Shown here piece after piece: positions 1-6,943 of a stretch of 13,508 nt of DNA (within the stretch, counting starts at the first letter, position 1; the number at the start of each line of letters is the position of its first letter). Made by a program: the position numbers and the translations under genes. Source of the DNA: Treponema sp. (lineage in GTDB: Bacteria; Spirochaetota; Spirochaetia; Treponematales; Breznakiellaceae); contig JAITHW010000012.1 of NCBI GenBank assembly GCA_031279815.1, forward strand, positions 1-13,508. The letters run 5' to 3'. The notes below the pieces were generated by a model, which was not told where the DNA came from, did no database searches, and worked only from the letters and a program-made list of their open reading frames with translations.

Positions 1-516
1 CATTTTGATAACGGCGTCGAGTTTATCAACAAGCCGCTTATCGAACAATGCAAGTTGTGGAATATAGCGATGACCCGCTCAAGGCCCTGCAAGAAAAATG
101 ATAACTGCTTTGCCGAACAAAAAAACTTCGATGCCGTGCGAAAGAATACCGGTTATTTCAAGTATGATACGCGGGAAGAAGCGGACGCGCTGGCTGAAGT
201 GTACCGGTTTCTGTGCCCGTTGAACAATTATTTTTTGCCGTCGTTCAAGCTGTTGGCGAGGGAGAAGCGGGCTGACGGGCGGTACAAGAAAGTGTACGAG
301 AAAGCGCCGAAAACGCCGTATGAGCGGCTTATGGAGTCGCCTCATGTAAGCGATGAGAGCAAGGCGGAGTTGACTAGGCGCAAGGGGCTTTACAACCCGC
401 TGCGGTTGAACGAGGGGTTAAACCGTGCGGTTGCGGCGCTCTTGCGGCTCCGCCGCGGGAAAGTTTACACTGAAAATGGTTACTGCGAGAATGCCGATAA
501 GGCGGTCGCGGTTTGA
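1..516 (+). CDS. DDE-type (rve/integrase-core) transposase, C-terminal fragment; 5' end lies outside the window
   Basis: Frame 1 is open from position 1 (HFDNGVEFINKPLIEQCKLWNIAMTRSRPCKKNDNCFAEQKN...). DNGxEF carries the second catalytic D of retroviral-integrase-like transposases. The KNDNxxAEQxN segment downstream carries the catalytic E. A long basic C-terminal tail follows, and the stop is TGA at 514-516. The IS family (IS3/IS481/ISNCY-like) cannot be fixed from the fragment. Confidence 0.75.
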   Translation, partial: HFDNGVEFINKPLIEQCKLWNIAMTRSRPCKKNDNCFAEQKNFDAVRKNTGYFKYDTREEADALAEVYRFLCPLNNYFLPSFKLLAREKRADGRYKKVYEKAPKTPYERLMESPHVSDESKAELTRRKGLYNPLRLNEGLNRAVAALLRLRRGKVYTENGYCENADKAVAV

Positions 517-562
517 TTTCGGCTAGGTTTTGGTTATTAGTCATTAACCCATTTTCGGCTAG
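517..562. repeat. 10-bp direct repeat TTTCGGCTAG x2 (517-526 and 553-562), each followed by GGTTTT, immediately after the transposase stop; possible subterminal repeats of the IS right end
   Basis: Exact 10-mer duplication read directly from the sequence. The position, abutting the transposase 3' end, fits an IS end. The terminal inverted repeat cannot be confirmed because the left end is not in the window. Confidence 0.4.
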
Positions 563-587
563 AAAGGTTTTTAGGCAATGCGGTACC

Positions 588-616
588 TTGACATTTACTC
601 AAAGATAAGTAATAAT
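588..616 (+). promoter_or_regulatory. sigma70-like promoter TTGACA(588-593)-N17-AATAAT(611-616), reading out of the IS end toward the isomerase gene
   Basis: Perfect -35 hexamer with 17-bp spacing to a 5/6 -10 hexamer. A TTGGGG/CCCCAA hairpin at 632-653 lies in the predicted leader. Confidence 0.35.
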
Positions 617-776
617 AAAAATTGTCGCCCTTTGGGGGGGAATTTTACCCCAAGGTAATAGAAACAATTCCTCCATGTATCATGAGGAAGTAATGTCTAT
701 ATGTAGCAGCTTCGAAAGAAGCCTAAGCCACAAGCCCAGGGTTTTAGACTTAGGTAGCTGGGCTAGGGGAGAATTT

Positions 777-1598
777 ATGCTTCCTATTATGTTGCAACTG
801 TACAATGTACGAAATGAGTTGGCTGAAGATTTTGACGGTGCTCTTGCTCAAGTAGCCGAAATAGGTTATAAATATGTAGAATTGGCTCTGGCGTCTTCTT
901 TCAACAAAACTTCCAGCCAATTCAAAGCATCTTTAGATAAAGCAGGGCTTACCGCGGTTTCCGCTCATGTGCCGTATCGGGATATGGTAGCGGATCCTGA
1001 GAAGGTCATAAGATTTCATATTGAAACCGGTTGCAAGTTTATTGTTATCCCCTTTCTTGCACAGGAAGATCGGAGTACAGGCCCGAACTACGAGCAGGTA
1101 AAGCAAAATATCGCCAAACTCGGCGAAACCGCCGCCGCATTAGGGGCGGTTCTTCTTTATCATAACCATGAATTCGAATTCGCCGATTATAAAGGCAAGT
1201 ATGCATTGGATGATCTCTACGATTCGATTCCTGCGAATCTGCTCCAGACCGAAATAGACGTATGCTGGGCTAAGGTGGGCGGCGTTGATCCGGCGGACTA
1301 TATCCGCAAGTACAAAGGACGGGCGCCGGTAGTGCATCTCAAGGACTTTGATTCTTCCCAGGGCGGAAAACTCAAAGCCGGCTACGACTTGATCGGAGAA
1401 GCGAAAAAAGCGCGTCAGCCCGGAGCTTTTCCATTCCGGGCCGTAGGTTACGGAATTCAGGATATTCCAAGCATTCTGAAAGCCGCCGGCGATGCGGGTT
1501 CTCAATGGCTTGTGGTCGAACAGGATATTCCCAGTCCCGGAAAGAGCCCTATTGAATGTGCCAAAGACAGCTTGAATTATCTTAACGGTTTGACATAA
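777..1598 (+). CDS. sugar phosphate isomerase/epimerase (xylose-isomerase-like TIM barrel, AP endonuclease family 2 fold)
   Basis: The 307-aa ORF 675..1598 carries the motifs of this family: MLQLYNVRNEL N-terminus, HNHEFEF metal-binding segment, VHLKDF, EIDVCW. I place the start at ATG 777, which is preceded by GGGGAG at 766-771. ATG 675 is preceded only by CCTCC, and the encoded MYHEEV... extension is not family-like. Confidence 0.85.
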   Translation: MLPIMLQLYNVRNELAEDFDGALAQVAEIGYKYVELALASSFNKTSSQFKASLDKAGLTAVSAHVPYRDMVADPEKVIRFHIETGCKFIVIPFLAQEDRSTGPNYEQVKQNIAKLGETAAALGAVLLYHNHEFEFADYKGKYALDDLYDSIPANLLQTEIDVCWAKVGGVDPADYIRKYKGRAPVVHLKDFDSSQGGKLKAGYDLIGEAKKARQPGAFPFRAVGYGIQDIPSILKAAGDAGSQWLVVEQDIPSPGKSPIECAKDSLNYLNGLT

Positions 1599-1610
1599 GC
1601 TTTCTCTCCG

Positions 1611-1650
1611 CCGGGAATCGGTTTCAGGATTCCCGGGGTACCTTTAATAC
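1611..1650. terminator. Hairpin CCGGGAATC-ggtttcag-GATTCCCGG (9-bp perfect stem, 1611-1636) followed by a U-containing tract; probable terminator between the convergent isomerase and methyltransferase genes
   Basis: Perfect inverted repeat read from the sequence. It lies in the 95-bp gap between two convergent stop codons. The tail GGTACCTTTAATACC is only moderately U-rich on the + strand. Confidence 0.45.
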
Positions 1651-1693
1651 CGGCTATTATTCAAAACGGCAAGTAAAGTATGTTCCGCCCCGC

Positions 1694-2578
1694 TCAATGG
1701 TTATTTCCGTGTTCTTTTTCATTCGTTTCCCAATTTTTTATTAAGACTTCATTAACATTGCCTCTGCCGGCGGCGTTACAATTAATCGATCTTGCGGCTT
1801 GTACCGAAATAATATCAAAACCATCGTCATTATACAATTCACGAATATACTCCGTGTCGGAATTACTCAATAGACACTTTATACCCAGATTTGTCATTTT
1901 TATCATCAGATTTCTAAGCCGTTCCTGTTCTTTTTCCCCAAAACCATCCGCTTGATATCCGGTAAAATTACTGTTATCCTGACTATGGTACGGAGGATCA
2001 AAATAGATGAATGAATCGGCGTTTGCATATACCGCCGCGCATTCAAAATCATCATTTAAAATAGTAATGTCATTGGCATTGAGATACGTACTAATCTGCC
2101 GCAACACGGTTTCTTCGCATATTGCCGGATTTTTATATCTCCCGTAGGGTACATTAAAAAGGCCTTGAGAATTGACGCGGTATAAACCATTAAAACAAGT
2201 CTTATTAAGAAATATTAAACGAGCGGCTTTCTCGGCATCGGTCAGTTTATTAAATTGCGCCGCATCCCGATCGAAGCTCCTAACTTCATAATAATACGCC
2301 TCATTATTCCTGGTTTTATACTCTTTCAATAATTCAATGAGTTCTTCGACCTGTTCTTTTATAACCGTATAGGTCAAAATCAACTGGGTATTGAAATCAT
2401 TGATAACCGCCTTTTTAGGCTGTAATGCAAAAAAAATAGCCCCAGCTCCGATAAACGGCTCATAATAGGTATAGTTATGTATATCTTTGGGAAGATATTT
2501 TTTTATTTCAGGCCATAAGCGACGTTTACCCCCCGCCCATTTTAAATACGGCTTAATAGGGTGATTACTCTTTGCCAT
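1694..2578 (-). CDS. Dam-family (D12 class) N6-adenine DNA methyltransferase; no restriction endonuclease partner visible
   Basis: Collinear with E. coli Dam: an N-terminal KPYLKWAGGKRRL segment aligning with Dam's FLKWAGGK SAM-binding region, EPFIGAGAIFF, NKTCFNGLYRVN, NVPYGRYKNP, and a DPPY catalytic motif. The likely start is ATG 2578 (MAKSNHPIKPYLKWAGGK), matching the Dam N-terminal spacing. The ORF stays open upstream to ATG 2650. Neither start has a convincing SD. Confidence 0.9.
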   Translation of the reverse strand: MAKSNHPIKPYLKWAGGKRRLWPEIKKYLPKDIHNYTYYEPFIGAGAIFFALQPKKAVINDFNTQLILTYTVIKEQVEELIELLKEYKTRNNEAYYYEVRSFDRDAAQFNKLTDAEKAARLIFLNKTCFNGLYRVNSQGLFNVPYGRYKNPAICEETVLRQISTYLNANDITILNDDFECAAVYANADSFIYFDPPYHSQDNSNFTGYQADGFGEKEQERLRNLMIKMTNLGIKCLLSNSDTEYIRELYNDDGFDIISVQAARSINCNAAGRGNVNEVLIKNWETNEKEHGNNH

Positions 2579-2651
2579 AATACTACTGTAGTTTATGCTT
2601 GGAAAAAAAGATATAGTTGTTCCCTTTAAGAATACCTCCATGAGGTCCACA

Positions 2652-2712
2652 GATTACACGGATTGTACCGGTTCTGGGTAACTGAAATCCGTGAAAATTC
2701 GTGTAATCCGTG
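2652..2712. promoter_or_regulatory. Repeat cluster at the 5' side of the methyltransferase gene: imperfect 13-bp inverted repeat GATTACACGGATT (2652-2664) / AATTCGTGTAATC (2696-2708) with a 31-bp spacer, plus three copies of AATCCGTG (2686-2693, 2705-2712 direct; 2657-2664 inverted)
   Basis: Read directly from the sequence; 12/13 bp of the inverted repeat are complementary. On the minus strand a TACAAT -10-like hexamer (reverse complement of 2677-2682) lies between the copies. Confidence 0.45.
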
Positions 2713-2848
2713 GGCCTTTTCGAACATTCGCCTATTCCAGGCAAGAAGCTAAAATTGAGCTTCAACCTTCTTAAGTGAGATTGACTATAGCAGGAAAGCC
2801 TGCGGCGCATACCTTACGAATATCCTTGGTTCTCGCTTTTAATTTTTT

Positions 2849-2877
2849 AAATACCTCTTGACTTATTGTACTAGGTA
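2849..2877 (+). promoter_or_regulatory. Promoter TTGACT(2849-2854)-N17-TACTAT(2872-2877) for the GntR-SPFH operon
   Basis: 5/6 -35 and 4/6 -10 with 17-bp spacing. The predicted transcription start is about 2884-2886, only about 10 nt before the GTG start codon. Confidence 0.4.
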
Positions 2878-2907
2878 ATTTACTATTGTACTAGGTGAAT
2901 AGTACAA
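2856..2907. promoter_or_regulatory. Candidate GntR-type operator: 12-bp direct repeat ATTGTACTAGGT (2856-2867 and 2885-2896) and perfect palindrome TTGTACTA-GGTGAA-TAGTACAA (2886-2907) overlapping the -10, the transcription start, and the start codon of the regulator gene
   Basis: A perfect 8-bp-arm palindrome with a GT...AC core is typical of GntR-family sites. It sits directly upstream of, and overlapping, a GntR-family gene, so autoregulation is the simplest reading. Confidence 0.55.
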
Positions 2908-3290
2908 ATTCAGAAGGAACCATTACCTTTTCTCTGGATCCAACCAATGGGGTACCCATCTACCGGCAGGTCATCCGGCAGATTGAATATGCCATCCTCT
3001 CTGAACGAATGAAGCCCGGTGACAGGCTGCCTACAATCCGTTCATTAGCGGTGGCATTGAAGATTAATCCTAATACGATTGCCAAGGCATACAATGAGTT
3101 GGAGATCCGGGGGATTGTGGTAACTCAAGTGGGGAGCGGCACCTACATTTCTGATAAGAAGCCTTCCCCCGATGATGACGGGAGAAAGCAGAAAATACAG
3201 GAAGTCCTGAGCCGCTTTATGCAGGAAATGAAAGGGCTTGGGGTTGATAAGCACGAGTTGTTGAACCTGATTGGCGAGCGGTCTCATTAG
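2895..3290 (+). CDS. GntR-family transcriptional regulator, YtrA-like subfamily (short C-terminal domain)
   Basis: The 131-aa ORF has a winged-HTH segment PIYRQVIRQIEYAILSERMKPGDRLPTIRSLAVALKINPNTIAKAYNELEIRGIVVTQVGSGTYI and a roughly 45-aa C-terminal tail. There is no in-frame ATG. Candidate starts are GTG 2895, inside the palindrome, or the rare ATT 2922 preceded by AAGGA. Alignment to YtrA N-termini favours a start near 2895-2922. Confidence 0.85.
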   Translation: MNSTNSEGTITFSLDPTNGVPIYRQVIRQIEYAILSERMKPGDRLPTIRSLAVALKINPNTIAKAYNELEIRGIVVTQVGSGTYISDKKPSPDDDGRKQKIQEVLSRFMQEMKGLGVDKHELLNLIGERSH

Positions 3291-3318
3291 ACCGCTTAAG
3301 TATAGTTAAGGAGGAGAC

Positions 3319-4428
3319 ATGGGATTACCAAAACAGCCGGGGGAATCTGCAAGAAAAACTGAAGAGCGGCCGGCAAAAAATCCTTTCCGGGAAAAACGGG
3401 ACGGGAAAAAGCGGCGGGATTTTACCCTTAACGCCGTAGCTATTGCTGTGGGGACCCTTGGCGTACTCTTTGCAGCGGCGGTTGTCTGTCTCCGGGGACA
3501 GATCCCGACTCTAATAGATACGGCGATCTTTTTAGGGGCTCCCGGTATGGTGATTCTTTCCATGATTTGCTTCCCCAAGTGGAGAGAGGCGGTCAAAATC
3601 GCCATGCTGGTAAACGGAATTTTTGGGCTTGTGCTGTTGCCCCAGCATATCGTGGCTATCCTCTTTGCGTCTTTGGCGGTCCTCATAGCCCCTTCGATAC
3701 AAATAGCGGGAGAATGGGAGCGGGCCATCGTACTGCGTTTCGGCCGGTTCCACCGGGTCCGGGGGCCAGGGATCTTTGCGCTCATTCCGCTGGCGGATCA
3801 AGTCGCCAAACTGGTGGACCTTCGGATACGGGTTACGGATTTTGCCGCCCAAGCGACCCTTACCCTGGATTCGGTTACGGTTGATGTGGACGCTCTTTGT
3901 TTCTGGCTTGTGTGGGACCCGGAAAAGGCGGTGCTGGAAGTGCAGGACTATGAAGAAGCGGTGATCCTCTCTTCAAAAACCGCCCTGCGGAACGCGATAA
4001 GCGGTCACAATCTCACTACTTTTCTTGAGCGGGGGGATATCATTGAAAAGCAGATTCAAAGCGAGGTTGATAAAAAGACCACCGAATGGGGCATCACGAT
4101 ACAGCACATTGAACTTACGGACATCCAGATTCCCGATGCATTGCAGAATTCACTATCCCGGCTTGCCCAGGCGGAGCGGGAAAAGAATAGCCGGATTCTG
4201 CTGGCGGAAGCGGAAATTGAGATCGCTAAAAAACTGGAAGAGGCCATAGCGATTTATGGGGACAATGAACCTGCGCTTAAGCTGAAAATTCTGTCTATAT
4301 TGAATGAAGGGCTTACCGCGGGAAATGCCATGATGCTTGTACCGAATTCAATCGCGGAGGAACTCAAGACAAAAGATATGTTCGGACTTGAGGCGCTGGC
4401 CGAACTGCGAAAGAAAAAGGAACCATAA
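3319..4428 (+). CDS. SPFH/band-7 (stomatin/HflKC-like) membrane protein with an extended N-terminal region of about three TM helices
   Basis: Strong SD AAGGAGG (3308-3314) sits 4 nt before ATG 3319. The N-terminal 115 aa carry three hydrophobic segments after a basic head. The SPFH core follows (EWERAIVLRFGRF...TLDSVTVDVDALCFWLVWDPEKA...EWGITIQHIELTDIQIP), then a C-terminal coiled coil (AQAEREKNSRILLAEAEIEIAKKLEEA). It is likely co-transcribed with the GntR gene 28 bp upstream. Confidence 0.9.
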   Translation: MGLPKQPGESARKTEERPAKNPFREKRDGKKRRDFTLNAVAIAVGTLGVLFAAAVVCLRGQIPTLIDTAIFLGAPGMVILSMICFPKWREAVKIAMLVNGIFGLVLLPQHIVAILFASLAVLIAPSIQIAGEWERAIVLRFGRFHRVRGPGIFALIPLADQVAKLVDLRIRVTDFAAQATLTLDSVTVDVDALCFWLVWDPEKAVLEVQDYEEAVILSSKTALRNAISGHNLTTFLERGDIIEKQIQSEVDKKTTEWGITIQHIELTDIQIPDALQNSLSRLAQAEREKNSRILLAEAEIEIAKKLEEAIAIYGDNEPALKLKILSILNEGLTAGNAMMLVPNSIAEELKTKDMFGLEALAELRKKKEP

Positions 4429-4525
4429 AGGCGTTTAAAATCGGATATTTCCACCTGTACCCTTTCCGGCCTCCGGCTTTCATGGATTGCCATGTGCGTT
4501 TCTTTTGGTTTAAGGTAAACATGTA

Positions 4526-6931
4526 ATGAATGAAAAAACCTTGCGGTTGCTGGAATTTGATGTTATCCGTACCAGGGTAGCCGAAGCAGCAATGAGTGAA
4601 GAAGCGGCTCGGCAGATCTTTGGGGAACTTCCTCAACAGGATCCGCAAAACGCGGAGGCATTGAAAGTTTTGGTCTCCGATGCGCTGGAATGTATTAATT
4701 CGGGAGATCCGGAAAAACAGGAGCGTCTGCCGGATATAGGTTTTCTGCTCCCTAAACTCGATGTTGAAGGGACAAGCCTCGAAATTGACGAAGCCTATGC
4801 GCTGGGCCTTTTCGTTGACCGGGGCGAAACCCTGAAAAACCTGCTGCTCAAGGGAGGGGACGCACATGGGCCTCTGCGCGGCTTGGCGGCAGGGATACCG
4901 GATTGTACCGGAGTTTCCCGGGAAGTGTTCCGGGTGCTGGATAAGGACGGTAATCTCCGGGACCTCCCGGAATTCCGGGAGATAAACCGGCGGATCCGGA
5001 ATCTGAGCAGAGACTTGGAGGCGCTTATGGCCCGGTATACGCTCAATGAAGACGCCCGGCATATACTCCAATCAACGATTCCCTCTCAACGGGACGGGCG
5101 CATAGTGCTGGCGGTCAAGGCTAATTTCCGGGGCAGAATCAAGGGGATTGTCCATGAGATATCCTCTACCGGTCAAACCCTGTTTGTGGAACCCGGCGAC
5201 GCGGTGGAAAAGAACAACGATATCCTCATTGAACGGCGGAGACTCGATGCGGAGATTCTCAGGGTAATCAGAGAAATGACCGGACGGATTAGCGCGTATC
5301 GTGAATCCTTGAGGCAATTTCATAAAGGAATCATACATTTGGAAACTATCCGCGCCAGGGCGCGTTATTCCCTTGAAACCAAAGGACGCTTTGCCCGCCC
5401 GCCTTCTACTCAAGCGCGGGGTATCTGTCTCAAGCAAGCCCGGCATCCCTTGCTTGGTTCTCAGGCGGTTCCCATTGATTTTTCCATGCCCGGGGATACC
5501 AGAATCGTGATAATCACGGGGCCTAATACGGGAGGGAAAACGGTCGCCCTAAAAACCGTGGGACTCTTTGCCCTGATGAATCAGTTCGGACTTGCCCTGC
5601 CCGCGGAAGAGGGCACGGCCCTTCCGGTGTTTGACGGGGTTTACGCGGACATTGGAGACGATCAGTCTATAAGCCAGTCGCTCTCAACGTTTTCCGCTCA
5701 CATGACCAATATCGCCGCCATCACTCAAGCCGTAACGGAAAATTCCCTGGTTCTTTTGGATGAACTTGGTTCCGGCACCGACCCTGAAGAGGGAAGCGCC
5801 ATTGCGATGGCCATCTTAGATTATCTTATCGAGAAACAGGTTAGGCTTATCACGACCACCCATCACGGTATATTGAAAAATTACGGCTATACCAGAGAAA
5901 AGGTGGAAAACGCCTCCGTAGAATTCGACAACCGAACCCTTGCTCCCACATACCGAATCCTCATGGGAATTCCCGGAGAGAGCCGGGCGGTGGACATTGC
6001 CGCCAGGAATGGGCTGCAACAGGACATCATCGTCCGGGCGCGATCCTACCTCGATGAAGAACGCTCCGATGTTTCCGCGCTCATCACCGGCCTGAAGATG
6101 AAACATCAGGAACTGCATACTGCGGAAGAACGGCGGAAACATGAAGAAACCCTGCTGCGGGAGGAACGGCGGAAAGCGGATCTCAAGGAGCTTCGGCTCA
6201 GGCAAAAAGAAGCGGAACTCAAAGCCGGCGCGGCGGGAAATCTTCGGAGGCTTCTGGAAGAAAGCCGGAAAACCCTGGAACATCTGGTTCGAGAAGTGAG
6301 AGAAGGAGAATTAACCAGAGAAAAAACTCTCGGGGTTAAGGAATTCCTGCATGAACTGGAAGAAACCGCCGCTATACATGACGCTGTGTTGGAGGAAGAA
6401 CGCCGTATTCTTGAACAAGATACCCGGGGATTTGAATCTGAATACGCCGAAACCGAATCCCGGCAAAGGATCGCCCAAAAAAGGGCTATTGAGCCGGGAA
6501 CCGAGGTCTTGGCCGGAGCATACAAACGTCCCGGCACGGCGCTTAGGCCGGACAAGAAAGGGCGCTGGATTGTGGAAATCGGTTCTCTGCGGATGAGTTT
6601 TCCTGAAAAAGAACTCTGTCCCCTTGAGCCTAAAACCGAGAAAAAGCCCATCATAGCCGTACCTGATCTGGCCTCAAATACAACGCCCTGTTTTGAGATC
6701 AGTCTTCGGGGCATACATCTTGAAGAAGCCCTGAACACCTTACAACGGCAACTGGATGCGGCGATCGTGTCAGGACTTCAGGAATTTTCAGTAATCCACG
6801 GCAAGGGAGACGGCATACTGCAAAGGGGAGTCCACGAATTCCTGAAAACTCAGCCTCAAGTAGCGGACTATTACTTTTCCCGGCCCGAAATGGGAGGTTT
6901 CGGGCGGACCGAGGTGGTTCTTAAAAAATAA
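4526..6931 (+). CDS. mutS2: Endonuclease MutS2 (MutS-family ATPase with C-terminal Smr domain)
   Basis: 801 aa with a Walker A box GPNTGGKTVALKT and a MutS ATPase signature region SLVLLDELGSGTDPEEG. A long central coiled coil precedes a C-terminal Smr domain (EISLRGIHLEEAL...VIHGKGDGILQRGVHEFLKT). The start is ATG 4526 (MNEKTLRLLEFDVI), 9 nt after AAGGT. Confidence 0.95.
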   Translation: MNEKTLRLLEFDVIRTRVAEAAMSEEAARQIFGELPQQDPQNAEALKVLVSDALECINSGDPEKQERLPDIGFLLPKLDVEGTSLEIDEAYALGLFVDRGETLKNLLLKGGDAHGPLRGLAAGIPDCTGVSREVFRVLDKDGNLRDLPEFREINRRIRNLSRDLEALMARYTLNEDARHILQSTIPSQRDGRIVLAVKANFRGRIKGIVHEISSTGQTLFVEPGDAVEKNNDILIERRRLDAEILRVIREMTGRISAYRESLRQFHKGIIHLETIRARARYSLETKGRFARPPSTQARGICLKQARHPLLGSQAVPIDFSMPGDTRIVIITGPNTGGKTVALKTVGLFALMNQFGLALPAEEGTALPVFDGVYADIGDDQSISQSLSTFSAHMTNIAAITQAVTENSLVLLDELGSGTDPEEGSAIAMAILDYLIEKQVRLITTTHHGILKNYGYTREKVENASVEFDNRTLAPTYRILMGIPGESRAVDIAARNGLQQDIIVRARSYLDEERSDVSALITGLKMKHQELHTAEERRKHEETLLREERRKADLKELRLRQKEAELKAGAAGNLRRLLEESRKTLEHLVREVREGELTREKTLGVKEFLHELEETAAIHDAVLEEERRILEQDTRGFESEYAETESRQRIAQKRAIEPGTEVLAGAYKRPGTALRPDKKGRWIVEIGSLRMSFPEKELCPLEPKTEKKPIIAVPDLASNTTPCFEISLRGIHLEEALNTLQRQLDAAIVSGLQEFSVIHGKGDGILQRGVHEFLKTQPQVADYYFSRPEMGGFGRTEVVLKK

Positions 6932-6943
6932 GACCAACCTGTT

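Noticed and set aside
675-776. Longer 307-aa version of the isomerase starting at ATG 675
   Set aside because: The first 34 residues (MYHEEVMSICSSFERSLSHKPRVLDLGSWARGEF) precede the conserved family N-terminus. An anti-SD CCTCC, not an RBS, sits upstream. ATG 777 has a GGGGAG SD and gives the canonical MLxxMLQLYNVR start.
1680-1955. ORF 1680..1955 (+), 91 aa
   Set aside because: Antisense to the Dam methyltransferase gene; a hydrophobic low-complexity translation typical of an AT-rich shadow frame.
2583-2810. ORF 2583..2810 (-), 75 aa, upstream of the methyltransferase gene
   Set aside because: It covers the repeat-rich intergenic region, has no RBS, and shows no similarity to known families. 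It is more plausibly non-coding regulatory DNA.
3306-3884. ORFs 3306..3785(-), 3532..3852(-), 3567..3884(+) and 3776..3964(+) inside the SPFH gene
   Set aside because: They overlap a well-supported SPFH CDS in other frames or on the other strand. They have proline/arginine-rich low-complexity translations and no RBS, so they are shadow ORFs of a GC-rich coding region.
4364-6738. Minus-strand ORFs 4364..5071, 4795..5046, 5072..5446, 5816..6283 and 6106..6738 (up to 235 aa) opposite MutS2
   Set aside because: They are antisense to a confidently identified MutS2 gene. Their Ser/Arg-rich, low-complexity products have no recognisable domains. Long antisense ORFs are expected in GC-rich coding DNA.
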